This document shows, in pieces, positions 12,092 to 27,029 of a DNA stretch of 64,000 nt. The stretch is taken from assembly GCA_040954595.2 (NCBI GenBank), contig CM082583.2, positions 6,694,849 through 6,758,848 of the forward strand, in the 5' to 3' direction. The first letter of the stretch is position 1. Each line of letters opens with the position of its first letter. A program made the position numbers and the translations under genes. Below the pieces are notes generated by a model that saw only the letters and a program-made list of their open reading frames with translations, was not told the origin of the DNA and did not search any database. This stretch comes from Balanoglossus misakiensis (lineage: Eukaryota; Animalia; Hemichordata).

Positions 12092-15000
12092 CTTTGAAAT
12101 TAGATGACAAAGTATTTTTGTAGCTTGTTCGAATATTACTTTGTATTTAGTTGGAGTGTTTACTTTCAGACGGAGGTCCGTCATCTTCGATGCCATATTT
12201 TAAGTCATTAACTTCTGAAATAACATATCAATTGGTTGCTCCGCAACAGAATTATTGTAACCTATAGCAACGGAATGACATCTTTCCGGTAAGATCTGTG
12301 CAAAACTGTAATTTATAGTGATTTCAAGTCCATCGTGTAAAATACTGGTTGTTAATGGAATATTACGGAATATTACTATCAGATATTAGTCTTATATTTC
12401 AATCGTACGTAGGCCCTGAATTACAAGGATCTATCGATCAGTTAGTGAGTCACAAGCAGTCGCAATCAGTTAGTGAGTTTATTATAAGCCGTCGGACTTA
12501 TTTGTAGTCGATACAGTTTGCACGTACTGAACATAATTTAAAAGAATTTAACCAAATCACGACCGAATTAAGAATCACACTCTGATATTTGACCGAGACA
12601 ACGGTCTACGGTAAAATAGAAAACCCGTTAGTTGAAAATGTATAATATGTATTCCTGAAGTTACATTTTAACACATCGCTTGATTTTATGTAGTCTGTCT
12701 GTGCGACGTCATGAAACATTTGGATCTGAGCCAGTTCAGAGCCGCGACAAAATCCACATGGCGTCACTGCACTGCAGACGGAGATCTGCAAGATAATTTA
12801 GATATTTAGACAACCGCTATCATTTATTAGATGCATATACAGAGATGTACGTGCAGATCAGTGTTAGCGCATAATCTACATAATTATCAACTAATAATGT
12901 TATCATGATATTTAGTTATTCATTGTACTTAATGTCGAAAGCAGTAATTGCTATTTTTCGCCATAGTAAACTTATATATCAGACAAATGCTATTATTTTA
13001 TCTCGTTTAAGTATATAATGAAATAAATTATGACTGGTTAGTAGTGGTCAGTGTGGCATATTAAACAATTTAAGTTTTCTGTATTAACATTTGAAATGTC
13101 TTCATAGAATTGAGCTAACAAATACAATTGCGTTAAATGGTGTCCCGGAACGTATCGGGATGGTATATTTTATCTAAACAAAATGTAATTGTGCCGCCTA
13201 ATCAAATAGAGACCAAATTGGTTTAATTTAAAATATGATAACATCCGTCGGAAGAATGCTGATGGTAATCAAAGAAAGGCTCGGCACCTGCCCTCTAATG
13301 TCAAAAAGTAGATAGTATAGTGGCTCTACAGTTTGGGCAGAAGCGACATATTTTGTTGTGTTTAACATATAAATGGGCGTTTTGACGGGTAGCAAATAAA
13401 ACACAAGATGATTCTAAGATATTTACAACTAGACTTCTCAAAAAAAGTGTCTATGTCATTTTTCAAATCTCGAGCGTTCGAATGATGATGAGTCCACTGA
13501 TTGTGGGGCTTGCATTTATGGAAACAAAATGTAATTTTATCATGCCTTCCAACTGATTGCCACGAAGTGAATTGCGACCTGAGTCACATAGTTTATATTT
13601 TAGGCCTGAGACACACTTTGGGGGACAAATACTATACATTATGCCAAACAGTGTACAAAATTACCATTCTACAAAACGCACACGTCTGCTTTGAGATTCG
13701 TTGTAAACACTATAAGTTTCTATTCATTATGTTGAATAAATTATTTCTACATATTTGTCACAAATTGGCTAAAACGTCAACAGCCATTTAACAATATTAA
13801 TTTATTCAAAATGGCGGATGGAAAAAAGTAACCAATCACTACGATCGAAATGATTCTGGGACATGTCGGCCATGTGTCTGTTCCAAAAATGCCAGATGTG
13901 TCACTTCACCGGCAAGATATTCCTCACACGTAAACAGACAAATTTATATTATTTCGCTATGTAACTGGTTTACTATAGCAAACCTGTCCTGATGTGTTGA
14001 CAGAAATCTAAAAAATGAAGATAAAACGGGGAATTGGGAAGGACAGGCTGCGTTTTCAACCCATCTGAGTTCAGAATTAAATATTCAATGCTAAATTCCA
14101 CAAGCAGAGATAGTCGGTAAATGTATACATAAAGTCCTTTGGAGCAATGTGTGTGTAATGTACATTATTTTCAGGGAATGGGCAACTATTCTAAATACAG
14201 AAGTGTAATATAGATTGATAGAAAATTTATGATTATTGTACATGTTTAAATACTACTGTGTATATATATATCAACTTCTCCGCCATGCGGGATTTGTTAA
14301 ATCCAATTGAAATAATCTGTAGACGATTTAGAGGAACGTATTAAGTCAAGATTTTGAGATTTAGTTTGTGACGACTTCAGTTTCAAATGTATTCTGTATC
14401 ACGGTTTCACTGCCGCTCATTTACTGAAGAAAAAAACTGCCGAAATGACGTCTCATTACTTGAGGAAACAAATCACAAATCAGCTTTAAAATTCTTGGCA
14501 AGGATTCCCGATTGGGATAAAGGGGTTATTGAGTGTTCGCTTGATTTTGTGTGACAACCTGAAAACTTTTTGCATGCACTAAAAACAAATTTGTATGATT
14601 TTTGTTATTTAATTTCCATTTTTTAAGAACCACAATTTACTGCAAGATCTGGATCATTTTTGCAGATTAATCTGGTTTGATTGATTTAGAGTTTTGCCAT
14701 GATTGACTTCACTGTAGTCACAGGTGTATTTTATGATTTTATATGAATTAGTATTAGTTTATACCGACAGAAGTTTGAATATGATATTTAAATTGAAAAA
14801 AGTTATTTTGCTTATTTGGGAATGTCGGATAAGACAGCCAAAATGAATTTTAAAGTTATGATTGTTTTCCCCCCCAAAAAACAGCTCAAAGAAAGGTTTC
14901 ATCGCAAATCATTCACTTGACTACCCAAGGTGTTAATTAATATGGATATAAAACTGAAAACAAAAGAAAGCATGTAACACCATTTAAATCAAAGAGTCCA

Positions 15001-17609
15001 TATCCATGATATGTTCAGTATTCTGTTGTTTGCAATGTCACATTTATTAGTCTGCTCTCTAAAATCATGTTGAAAATCTTATCAGGCATGGGCGCATTTT
15101 GGCAACACTATGTATTTACATTTGGTATGTAAAGCAAATGCATTAGAGATAGTTGTATACCTTATGTATACAAACTCCACCAACCCTGAGCAACGCTGAG
15201 CATGATTTTGCAAGTAGATATCATATATCTGTATCCATAGTTAGTTCAGTATTTAGTTAGCATATAGTAACACTCCTCAAGTTATTTTTTGCAAACATTA
15301 GGTTGTATTTCAATGACAGGTTCAATCATAATCAAAACCTGTGTATATTTAACCTTAACTTGACAAACATTGAGCCACTGAGAGATAGAGCAAATTAATT
15401 CCTAATCTTTCTCTTCAGTTGCATTTACACTATTTTTCCGATTGCAAATTAGTCACGTCAGCTGAAGTCTGTTGCAAAATTAGGATATTTGTTATCCCAC
15501 AAACATTAAAATTGACAAAAGGATGTAAAATACACCCAAATACCAAAGACAGAGACCGCGTTTATGTTTCTCTTCCATTTGGGAATTGTCCGTGCAGTTT
15601 CTTCGATGGCAAGATGAATCTTACCATAGAAATGGAGACAGTAATTACACATACGTGCAACAAAAACAATTTGTTGATAGTATAATATAATTTGTGTATA
15701 TGATTGTGTTAATAAAATATTTGTGTAAATGTCACGAGCATGCAATCTGAGTTTCTGTTTTTTCTTTCGTGTCTGTGTTTGATTTTTCAGTTGAAGAGTG
15801 AGGAAATTTAGATTTCTCTGTCACACAAATTTCTTGAAATGTAATCACAAGCAACAATAGGCAATCTCTCCCCAGTTCCCTATCCACACAAGGGAGGAAT
15901 TGATTGAATCCAAGTTATAAGATTGTATAATAAGATGGAAATTTCCCACTTGGTATGCAAGATTTATATCGAGATTGAAAAACATTTCCCGGAATCAAGC
16001 TGTGTGCATGTTAATTTCTGTGCCGTTAGGAAAAGCTCCAGGAATCAGTGCATGGCCTGTGATAGGGACTTTTACAATTGGGAACTTTGCTCAATACTAC
16101 ATGTCAGCTTATCAGTCTCTGAGGCACTTTCCTTGTTTGTAAAATGCAATGAATATATCATGGGATTCACTGTTTAATATTAAATGTGTGATGGAATTGT
16201 TTCATAATGATTACCTTGAAACATTGAAAGATGACATACGTGCAAAAGAGGAGAGAGATACACTAGCTGGCCCCTGAAAAGATCAAAACTATGAGAGACA
16301 AAGATTTCCAGTTATCTGAAAGATTTACATTTGATGGCAGACAGAGATATAAATACCACCAGTATGCAGTCCATACGCTCCAGAATGTGCATGGAATCTG
16401 CAGCAGTAAGAATTCCATTTACTTGCTTGTAAAATGAATATGAGGTCACGTCGGGGTCAAAAAGACCTTTAGGTATTGGAATGATAAATTGAATAGGTAT
16501 TGAATTCTTTCTTGTGCGAGAACTGGACACAATGACCTCATCTGTCCTCATATTTTAAAACGGTAGTATATTGTACAGTAGACACTGTATCTCTAGCCAG
16601 TGTATTGTGTCGGCCATTAAATTAAGTAATATCTGAAGGAAATTGTAGAAGCTTCATCCATCAAGAAAAATTTTGAGATACAGAATAGGTTCTGTGTTGT
16701 CGTCAATCCATAATGTATCAGAATGAATGCTCATGGCGACAGGGCAGCAGAAGAAACATTCTAGGTGGTGCAGATTGTATCGGTCGCGTCTGCACAAATC
16801 TTAATATGTTGCCCACATTTCAATAGACCTTAACTGCCATTTTGATCCACTTTCACATTACCATGAAAGGAAACTTAATGACAAAATGGCTGCCGAATAT
16901 TTCTTTTTCTCACATGACTGCATCACAAAACGCTTCTAATTGCCATAACATGATAATGAATACACACGAGTGTATAGTTAATTACCTAAGAGTTGACCGT
17001 GCTGTGCGACTTCAAAATGACTATTCATGCATAAACAAGGTCTGACACTGAATTCTACTTTTCCTTTTCTTCACTTTTTGCTTGTCCATTCTACGAGGAC
17101 CTCAAAAATATGCACTCACAGCTACTACTCTCCCATTACAAATTCAGCAACAGAATACCGGCTGTAATTTTCGTTTTCCTTTTTATGAAATTCCAAAAGC
17201 TTCCATAGTACAAAAAAATTAGTGTAACAGTGTTACTTTTAACTAAATATACAATGATTATATTTCTAACAAGCATCATGTATGAAAAATCTTAAGGCTT
17301 GAATATGAAACTACAAGGTCTTGCAGCTGGAGACTATTTGGTGATTTGCCATTCCCCATCAGACAAGCGCATAGGACAAAGCACGTTTTGGACTCTGGAT
17401 ACTTCCTTTCCTGCAGATTGAACTACTCAATTTCTAAATCGCCTTCATTTTCTTATCGTCGGCCATCTTGAAGTATTGCCTTCTGTATTTCCCAGACACC
17501 AGATCTTTGTCTGTTTTTGTGCAAAACTATTCCTCTTTCTCAAAAGGTTTACTCCAGACAATGGACATGTACGTGTATGTTGGGAGACTGATTAAGCGTG
17601 AGTTGAAAT

Positions 17610-20600
17610 TCAATTTTTTTTACTTGGTGATTTTCTGGTGTTGGTTGTTGAATCTTCCTTCTCTGTTTTCAAAGACTGTTTCTGTCTCATCTCTTCTCTT
17701 CTGGCAGCCATTTCTTTTTCCCTTTCATCCAAGAGATCCAAAGTCTCCCTCAAACTTGCATCTTTTTCTTCTTTCAGCTTCTCCACATCTTTTCTGAGGA
17801 GCTTTTGTCTCTTTCGACACTCTCCCTGAAGATCATCCAGAGTTGAAAAGAAGTGCTTGCTGAACTCAGTCACAACTTCCAGACCTGCAAGATACAGGAA
17901 TCAAATCAAAATTTCAATCAAATTTCAACACAAGACAAAGCCATGTTTTGCTGCAAACTTCACACTCCTTGTGGATCCCCATTTACTTGCTTCTCAAAAT
18001 GTTATCAAAATTTCAATTTTTTTTTGTTTCATATTATCCCTGATTAAATCTCCAGTAAGTTCCACATAGCTGGCACACTTAATCCTGATTTTGTCATTAC
18101 AACATAATATCAAATCTTTCTGTTATTCCCTCAAATGAAGGAATCATCTAGCTAACTGTTGTTAAAAATGTCATTAAAAAGGACTGCCAAATAGCAACGA
18201 CTTCTTTCTCTGGGCAAACAAAAAAATTCAATTGGCTTTTTGAACTTAAATGCACGAAAGACTATTTATCCTGAAGGTAAGGCTGTTATTGTACATTTTC
18301 TCTTTTCCATGTCACGTTTCCATAGAAATTCAATACTATTATTTTCCTGCTATCTCTAGAGCTCAACTGACATTGTATCCTTCCTTTGCCGTCATGACTG
18401 GCCTTCAAAATAGTAACAGAACCATTATTTTAACCTTTAAAATATGATCTGACTTTAATAGGCATACCGGAGAATATAATGTCACATGGCAACTGCCCAT
18501 CTATCCAATGGACAACAGATACTGAAGAAAACATAATTAGTGGCGTAAAACAAAAATAGACTTGACTTAAATATGATACATGTCGCAAAAACCAAGATAA
18601 AGATTCATTTGGCATTTAGACGAACAATAGAATATTGATCAACTCAAAATTTCAATATCTTGATCTGCTTTGCCCTGGATATCTGGTTACCTTGTGTTTA
18701 ATTAACTATGACTGAAAATCCAACTCACTTTGTTTGTCTTCTGTTTTCTCATTGGTTTGATCAGCTGGTGACAGAGATTGAACAATACTTGATAGCTGTA
18801 CATAAACCGGGAATAAATAAAAACACAAACAGACAAGCAAACAAATGAAATTAATTAATCAAGAAGAAAACAACACAAAATGATTTTGTTTATGTATGTG
18901 GGTGTGTGTCAAATGTTATGTGAAGATTGCTTTCCATTTATTTTTCTCTATGTTAAACTGTAAATTTTATCTTGTCTTTCTGAACTGCAATAAATATCAG
19001 CACACTAACGGTGTCTCATTTCTTCCCCACTCGAAACTCGACACATTGAAGGACGTCACGTTTTGTTCATACCTGATCTGCTTGGCTTTTAAACGTTGAT
19101 AAAAACTGCCTCAGTGCTTCCTCAGACGCAGTTCCTTTCAAATCACCGAAGGCGTTGAGGACACCTGGTAGTAGAATACAAAAATACTGGGCTTAATTGA
19201 TTTGTCAAGCATTGTTGAATGTGAAGGACTTGTCACAGCCTGGCCCAGATGGAAAGAAGTACACATGCCATATTTGAAAGCAAGCGGGTTGTTAAGCATG
19301 CATGTGTCTCAAATAAGCCTCGGAGGATAATTTTGAGTCTCACCGGCCTGCTGTGGGCAAAAGGGGCAGTCAGTTCTCAAAGGTGCCTGTATTGCATCTT
19401 ACAATCAATTTTTTTTTGTTCATTTCATTAAAACTGACATGTGTTTCATATATTTTGCTCGATTTTGATACATTGCTGACGTAACCAACATCTTGTTTCA
19501 TACCACTGCAACTGGAAAAGAACTGGATAATTCTCACATACTAGACAATAAAGTAAACAAAAAAAATACTGAACACAACAATACACTGACAGTTTAAAAT
19601 GACTTCTTACTTTGTAAAGGTTTGCAAACCAACTCCACTGAGCTTCTTTCAAAAGACTTGTACGCTTCCCTAAATGATAATGAAAAAAAGACAAACATAT
19701 GTCGATTTTGAAAGTCGATTAAAAATGTCAAAGGGTCATCATTAATGGTCTTAGAGAAGGCTGGTTGTTTTTGTAGGCGATTGTCAATTTGGAAATAAAT
19801 ACACAGCATAATCGTCCAAAAGACTGTGGTACATCTAATGAGGATCCTCCAACATTTCAAGTACTAGTAGTCATATTAGACTCTCTCACAGCCCACGGTT
19901 TGCTACAAGGCTCTGCACTGACGTGCCATCAACCGTCTAAGGAGAAGCACCATATGGTGTTGTGTGGCAAGCCTTATGCAATCAGACCATAAGCCTGCAG
20001 GGACGGCGAGAGGGGCTGTGAGAGTCTATCATCATATCTTCCATTAAGGAAATGAAGTTGAAAAACAGCGAAGTATGAGTTGTGCCTGGATCAGCTGGGA
20101 CACGGCCCATTTAGAGATAATTAATTGGCAGTGAGCAAAAGACAATTAATTTGTCCATGCATATCAGAGATCATGTTACCTAATTGGAGAGCTGTCTAAT
20201 GGACAATTTATGAGATACATGACTCTGATCATAAATATACAAATTATTCATTTGGCTGGCACAATTCTGAAATATTTTTATTGTTAAGGAACGCACATGG
20301 TAAAGTCAACACATCAACTTAAAGTAATTAATGCCACTAGCTCTAATTAATTTATCTGTGACATTAACAAAAAACTCTCACCAGAATTATGAAAACAGCC
20401 TCTTTGTTAAACTGACATACCTGACAGAATCAAACAGAGACTGAATGTACTGTATTTGCATTTCGTAGACAGCTCTGTGATAGCCTAGTTCTTCCTGCAA
20501 TGCCTGAACCTGTCAAATATCAGCATGTGATCTCATGTTAGTTGACTGCCATCATAGTTTGAAGCAAAAAAAATGATTCACATTATATGCAATGATATCG

Positions 20601-23600
20601 AGCTGATGCAATTGAATTTGTAGACAAATCTTTCAGTTAATGCTAGGGTTTGGGAAAAGGGGGATTTTTAGACGGTATACATTGATGACAGTTTTACAGA
20701 TGTACTTACTTTTTGGTTGTTCACCTCGAGAGAGTAATTCACCGTTTTCAATAATGCTTCTACGACAACTTTGCCCTGTGTTTATAAACAGAACATACCG
20801 GTACCATCCATTAATTTTTTCTGTTTATCACTCTCTCTCTTATCAATGAGCCAATGCCGTAGTCTGGGTATTGACTTCTCTCCTTCCAATATCTTCTTTC
20901 TGTTCGCATTACCTTGCAACTGCATTTATTTTGTGCATCAACAAGGAATGACTGCCAACTCAACGCAGTCGAATTGGGGGGGGGGGGGGGGAATCTTACA
21001 AAACCAGAATTACTGTACCTGTTGCTGTTGACTTTTTACAAAATTTGGCAGTGACTTCATAACTTTGTCCACCGTCAATTCACCAAGGACTGGTTTGTTC
21101 AGAAGACCCTGCAATCAAGTTATAGATAACTTAGAAATGAAGACAGCATGTGACATAGGTGTGTATTACAATTGATCTGCAGAGAGAACCTGCATATAAT
21201 TGTGTGTGTTTTATGGCTTTTTCTCGTGGACTTCAGAAAATGGTCGACTACAAAAAAAAACGGAAATGTTTCAGCCATATACAGTAATTGACTTACCCAT
21301 GGTGCAGCTGGTATGAGAATCGACAACATGACCAGATCTTGACAGCAAGCGCTGAGTGAATCACTACAATGTTGTACTTGTTGGTTCAAGTGTTCTACGA
21401 CCGGGTCGACACTGGACGGTATGGCTGGGGTGTACTCTAACGATTTTTGTAAATGGTATAATTCCTGGTGGAGCTTGAAGAGCTTGGATTCCAATTTAGC
21501 CTGTTGAAGGAAGAAATGGGATGAATTAAAACATGCCATGGGGTTGGATGCGGGCACATGATGGTCACATGGAAATCAGAGGGGTAACACATGCACATAA
21601 CATGAAGCCTGGTCAGATACACATGAATATCTCAGGAAAACTACTTTGACAGTGTGACCTGAATATGTCTTTCCAACTCACCTTCATCACAAAAAAAAAG
21701 ACATTGTAAATAACATAACAGGCAAGTCTTGATTTTGACAAATTCACGTGATGCAAGGAAACAAGAAGAAACTCACCACTTCCTTCAAATTAATGTGGTC
21801 TGTGGACCCAGAACATACATCTAACAATGTCACAGGTTTGTCTGATTTCTTCTTAACGAATGGATTCATGAAAAGCAAAGGGCGGCAGAAGTTTTCACTA
21901 TTATAACCCTGGACAAAGAATGAGATAAGAAATGACTTACTAATTTATACAAATTAAAAAAGATCAGAAGATCTGCATTGTCATCTGCAGATATTTTGTG
22001 GAAGTTATCCAAAATCAAAAAGGAAACGTGTGAAACTGAACATGTTTTCTGGTCTCCTTCACATGCACAGCAAAAGAGCCTTGAAGCCAAGCACATCTAC
22101 AAACTAATTTTCTCAGTCCTTTTTCTGTCTACTTAGATTTTACTGTACGTAAAAAAAGCAAATTTGCACCTCAATATTTCTGTAGAGTTTATTTCTTGAG
22201 GATTCTAAGTTTCCAATGAGACTTGTCAGCTGTGATCGCTCTATGGAAACTACAGGTCCAGGTGTTTCACTTGCAAGCAGCGCTCTGAAAAAGGGAATAA
22301 ACAATACTTTCAAAATTTGGGGGGGGGGGGGGGGGGGGAATGGAACAATTCAATTTGAAGCCTCAAACTCAACACTTGGAAACTACTTTTAAAGTTAATT
22401 GCCAATATTATTCTAAACGCTAAAGCATTTTTCTCAGGAATAGTTTGTAAGACTTGATGGAGTAGTAAAATTTATCAGATTCACCACTTGATGGCGCTAT
22501 AACGAATTAGTTCGACAATTACCAATGGATGCAAATGTGCAGATGACATTCCAGCTCACCTGTGTTGGTCAACAGCTGTCGAGATGGAATTCTCTACCTC
22601 TAATAAAACTTTGCTTCTTGAACTTAAGGCTTCAGACTGCAGTATAACCTGGTGGCAATCAAGAACAAAGTCTTTCAGTAGTCATGACAACAGAAAGGAC
22701 AGATCGATACCAAGGTGGTGTATGATGACAGCTAAGTGAAGTGTTGCTTGGCTGGGTTTCCATGGTACTTACGATACCAACATGAAATCTGTGAACTTAG
22801 AATTAATATCTTTATCATCGCATTGTAGTACACCTGACAATAAAGTTTGTTGATAGCATCAATCTCACGTGCTTCAGTATATTTCTGAGACTATTACATC
22901 CCATCAACTGGTCACAGAGCAAACATGTTGTGACTTGAACGGCACAATAACAAAACTATTGGTAGTACTAGTAGCAGGCTGTGAGGTCAGATAGGGTCAT
23001 CAAAAAATGGCCAATTGGAGATTATGCCCTTTACCTGTCTTTCAAGTTGCACAAGTTGTGCCTTTAGTAGTTGCACCCTTCTCTCTTCGAACCTCTCTTG
23101 TTTGGCATCACTCACTAACTGTGTGTACAGAGACCTGGCAAGAAAATGATTAAATTATAGCTCCATGATGTGTATATTTGTCATATGACTCTTCTGGAAA
23201 AATTACCCTGAAACAGTTCAGAAGGTGACCCATTTGATCAATTTGACCATTTGTACAGTCTCAACTGCTTTGTAGTAATTAATTTACCTGAGTTGCTTAA
23301 GTTCTTCTTTCAATCCTTCATTTTCTTGTTTCAGTGTCTGAAAATTGAAATCAGATGCAAATGTATGAAGAAAGAGAGTCAACAGAGTTGCCAATGCATT
23401 GACACTGATATGCCACAAAATCAATTGTTGATATAATATATAGCAATAACCCCCGCCTCAGTTGGGTATACACGAGATTTGGGTACAATTCGCTCCATAT
23501 AGCACTCGCCTGACGGCTCGTGCCATATGTCTCGAATTGTACCCAAATCTCGCGTATACCCGCCTGTGGCGGGGGTTACCGGTTATTGCTTAAACATTAC

Positions 23601-24020
23601 ACGTGAGTGTACATGTATTTGATTCAGGTGAGTGTGTTCTGTGACTCCAGATATGAAGATGTCACCAGTAAGTGTCTAACAAACAATAATCGGAAGACAA
23701 AATGGCAGATTGGATGCCATGGAATTTTAGTAGAATGACTATCAAAGGAAACAAACTTCCCTCTGAGGTGTTGTACATTGTTTACCTGTATTGTATTCAT
23801 TTCAGTCTGTTTGCTGGCTGATGTTGTTATGTCCTGGAACGGTTGCTTTGGATCACCAGATGATTTGAAAGAGTCTTCAAAACCAATTACCATCCTTGAT
23901 GATGCACTACTCTATTATAGAAACACAGAAAGCAATAACAACCATTAAAATCCACTGAAGAATATACATGTACTTACATTTCTATAGGTTGCTGATATTG
24001 CTTATGCTTGTTGCTGATGC

Positions 24021-24061
<41 letters not shown>

Positions 24062-24543
24062 TTGTTGTTGTTGTTGTTGTTGTTGCAGCGTGCCCCTCTT
24101 GGACTAGTCTCGGTTACCCAGACTCCTTCGCGCGGGCTATCGCGCAAAGGAGTCTGGGTAACTGAGACTACTCAATTACAGCCTGGGACTGCTTGACCCC
24201 TGACCCCGTACTGTTGCATGATACGGGGGGGGGGGGGGCTTAGTAAGCCTCAGGTCTGTGTGTTCGTCGGGAAGACACAGACCTGTATGCAGGGCTACAG
24301 GAAGCCTAAAGTGATTCTCCACAACTTGAACAGACGGTGATTAATAATCGAGCGGTGCATCAGTACATCGGAGTCGAGCGCAGTTTGAAACGTTGATCAA
24401 CCCTCATGCGACTGTGCACAGAGCTCAGAGATCACTGCCGGGTGACAACCAAGCATGATCAACAGCGGCAAAACGAACCGGGAAGGAAATATTCGTACCT
24501 TTTTCATTCTAGCAGACTGCGTTGTCTTCTTTCTTCCATCCAT
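17610..24543 (-). CDS. Uncharacterised coiled-coil/helical protein, about 490 aa, 14 exons
   Basis: Exons 24499-24543, 23288-23337, 23035-23134, 22560-22648, 22170-22284, 21777-21908, 21297-21500, 21019-21108, 20710-20775, 20421-20509, 19611-19669, 19073-19164, 18729-18795, 17610-17884 are all GT-AG and phase-consistent (1473 nt). The protein begins MDGRKKTTQSARMKKTLKQENEGLKEELKQLRSLYTQLVSDAKQERFEERRVQLLKAQLVQLERQ. The 5' end is CpG-rich. I do not recognise the family. Confidence 0.82.
19877..20028. mobile_element. Short MITE-like element with TAG...CTA termini
   Basis: Inverted ends TAGACTCT(CT)CACAGCCC / GGGCTGTGAGAGTCTA. Flanks are only partly duplicated (TCATAT / TCATCA). Confidence 0.55.
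23442..23590. mobile_element. Palindromic hairpin element (GA-capped family, possibly non-autonomous Crypton-like)
   Basis: Imperfect 150-bp palindrome AGCAATAACCCCCGCC...GGCGGGGGTTACCGGTTATTGCT with centre GCAC-TC-GCC-TGAC-GGC-TC-GTGC. The superfamily label is an inference. Confidence 0.7.
24014..24085. repeat. Compound microsatellite (GAT)n(GTT)n
   Basis: Visible directly in the sequence. Confidence 0.95.
24105..24170. mobile_element. 66-bp hairpin MITE-like element with TAG...CTA termini
   Basis: Near-perfect inverted repeat TAGTCTCGGTTACCCAGACTCCTT / AAGGAGTCTGGGTAACTGAGACTA. No target-site duplication is visible. Confidence 0.65.
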
Positions 24544-25157
24544 ACTTCTAAAAGTTATACCGATCAAGCTGTGACGGCGGTATGGGACTCAGTTACATGC
24601 CGAAGCTTGTTGCCAGATAACGGCACTGTGGAGTGTTTATCAATGATCAGCTGTTATACATGCGTCCTCTAAGTTGGTTGGCGTAAATCTTTCGTCTAAG
24701 CCCGGCGTGGCGCCTATGCATAATACATGTACATGTTGTATTACGTTTTCATACCATTGGTTAGTTTGGTTACCAAATAATCTAGATCCCAAGAAGAATT
24801 CAGCATTAAAATGTTGTAGATTGATTTATCTGAATTAGGGCAGTGGGCTAAAATCCTTGTTTGATTGCCCCAAGGGGAAAGCTTATACATCGCCAGTTTT
24901 TCAGTTTAACTCAACAGACAAAAGATAATCTTCGTCCTCACACCAATTTTCTTGTTGAATACATGTTTTATTCACACACATACATACGACTGCATTGTTG
25001 AAGCAGTGGATACACAGGCAAGGCTGAGTCAAAGACATTATCTACATACACATAGTATATACACAACTCTGGTAATTCAAACAGCTGTATCTCCTCAGTT
25101 CATAGGCTTGGCAGTGTTTGTGCTTCCAACCGGTTTATCTCAGATGAGGCTACCATT

Positions 25158-25269
25158 TTAACCCTTTCAACCCCATTTCCCACTGCACTTGTGGTCCAAC
25201 TTTACCACACAATCAAATGGGGTTTGGAACAAATGATCTCAATGGTCACGGTGGTGGTGAAAAGGTTAA
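25158..25269. mobile_element. piggyBac-type MITE, copy 1
   Basis: TTAA-CCCTTTCA...TGAAAAGG-TTAA. The internal GGTCCAACTTT...TTTGGA...GGTGGTGAAA sequence is shared with copies at 33642 and 45844. Confidence 0.65.
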
Positions 25270-26955
25270 AAGCCAGCCTATTTCTTCTGCTGTTGAGAGT
25301 GACAGATAGCCTGATCTGCTTCTAAGTTTATTCCACAGAGGCAGGGTTCACATTCTTGAAGTAAGCTAACCTAAAAACACATTTATCAATTAATGTCAAA
25401 CTCTGTACTAAGTGAAACACTTTTGCACACAGTAAATGTGTCTGGGAGCACAGCTCTTCTCCATGATTATGACAGAAGCGAAGAGTACCACAGGACTTTT
25501 AAAAAATACAGTATCTAGGAAAAGACTAAGAAACAGCCTTGCACATACATATGTAAGTTCTTTTTACTGAAATAAGTTTGAGAAATCTTGTATGTGTTTC
25601 TTTTGTTACTTGAGGTTTGCATAGTAACGCAACATACACCCCAAGTTTGAAAGGCACCACTCCCAGTCTCTTACACATTAGGAATTATGCACCAGGAATA
25701 ATGCACTACAACACTGTAGAACCCTCCACACACAAAAAATAAGAACCACGAGGATTTGTGAAAGTCTTGAACTACGTTCTTTGGAATAACTGGGAGCAGC
25801 AACATAATTCCTAGGGTACAAAGCAAAGTTTTCCAATTTACAAGATTTTTTTGATGATCAAACACAGCGGAACAACAGACGACATCTGTACACATAAACG
25901 TACCCTTCCATTTTCATTTCTAACACTGTGGAAGTATCCATTTGCGACCTGCAAGCTCTTACACGGTGAATGACAAACTGTCAATTCAGGTGGCGATGAA
26001 ACCTTGTCTAATTTAGATTTTTTCTGCTCTCATGCACTAAATCAGAGTGAAATCGAAAATCCAGCACTTGATTGGCAATGGTGAGACTCGTTCTGTTGGA
26101 CCCGGACTGAACAAAACCCATGCAAAGTATGTACAGAGAATTCAATATATATACCACCAATGTTCCAGGATCTGGAACAGGCTGTAGCACAGCACACAGA
26201 AAAATGAATATATATCCCCAGGGTTCCCAGGTCTCCGACAGACTCCAGCATAGCATACATGTTTGCACACGCTCATGGTCCTTCAACTCTTACATAATCG
26301 TGATTTTCTGCTCAAAATATTCCGCATACCACCTCAAATTCACAATCCGTGATTTATCAAGCACTGCAACTTCTACCAATAGTAAAATTTCTCTCAAGTG
26401 GCACATGGTGTAAATAACATACAAGTGGAACTTTTTATGATACAATATTTTGTACTCAACTGTCTGGGTTGTTGTTTTTTATCAACCTTGCCTGTTGAAT
26501 TTTACTTGTTTATAAGAGTCTAACCATAATATAAGCAAGAGAAACTTGACCAGTTTTTATTCACACAAATATTAAAATTGATATTTACTTCTCAAACAAA
26601 CAAAAAACGCACACAGAGAAAATAAAGGAGTGAAATGAAATAAACTTAATTCAGTGAAACTCTGCTGGGCAGTATTGCACTGTAAGCCATTAGTATACCA
26701 TTGACTCTTCACAATACACTTTTGTGAGGGGTGAGGAGGGGAGAAAAGGGGAGGGGGGTATACACACTGATTCTACATGTACCTGCATGTATGAATCCTA
26801 CAGGCCATATCTCAGAACGTTATTGCTTGGAGGTTTTAAGTAATTCATATCTTTTTATGGTCAGAACATTTAATGCAAAAATAAATCATACTGATGTATA
26901 TGCAGGCTTTTCTAGTTTGTGTTTGTGTGCATAGACAGTCTATTCTACTGTCTAT

Positions 26956-26958
<3 letters not shown>

Positions 26959-26994
<36 letters not shown>

Positions 26995-27029
26995 TGTCTG
27001 TCTGTCTGTCTGTGTCTCTGTGTGTGTGT
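26959..27029. repeat. (GT)n/(GTCT)n microsatellite
   Basis: Visible directly in the sequence. Confidence 0.95.

Noticed and set aside
17330-17612. Frameshift or extension past the coiled-coil gene stop at an A8 run
   Set aside because: Both alternative frames stop within about 30 codons, so I treated the region as 3' UTR.
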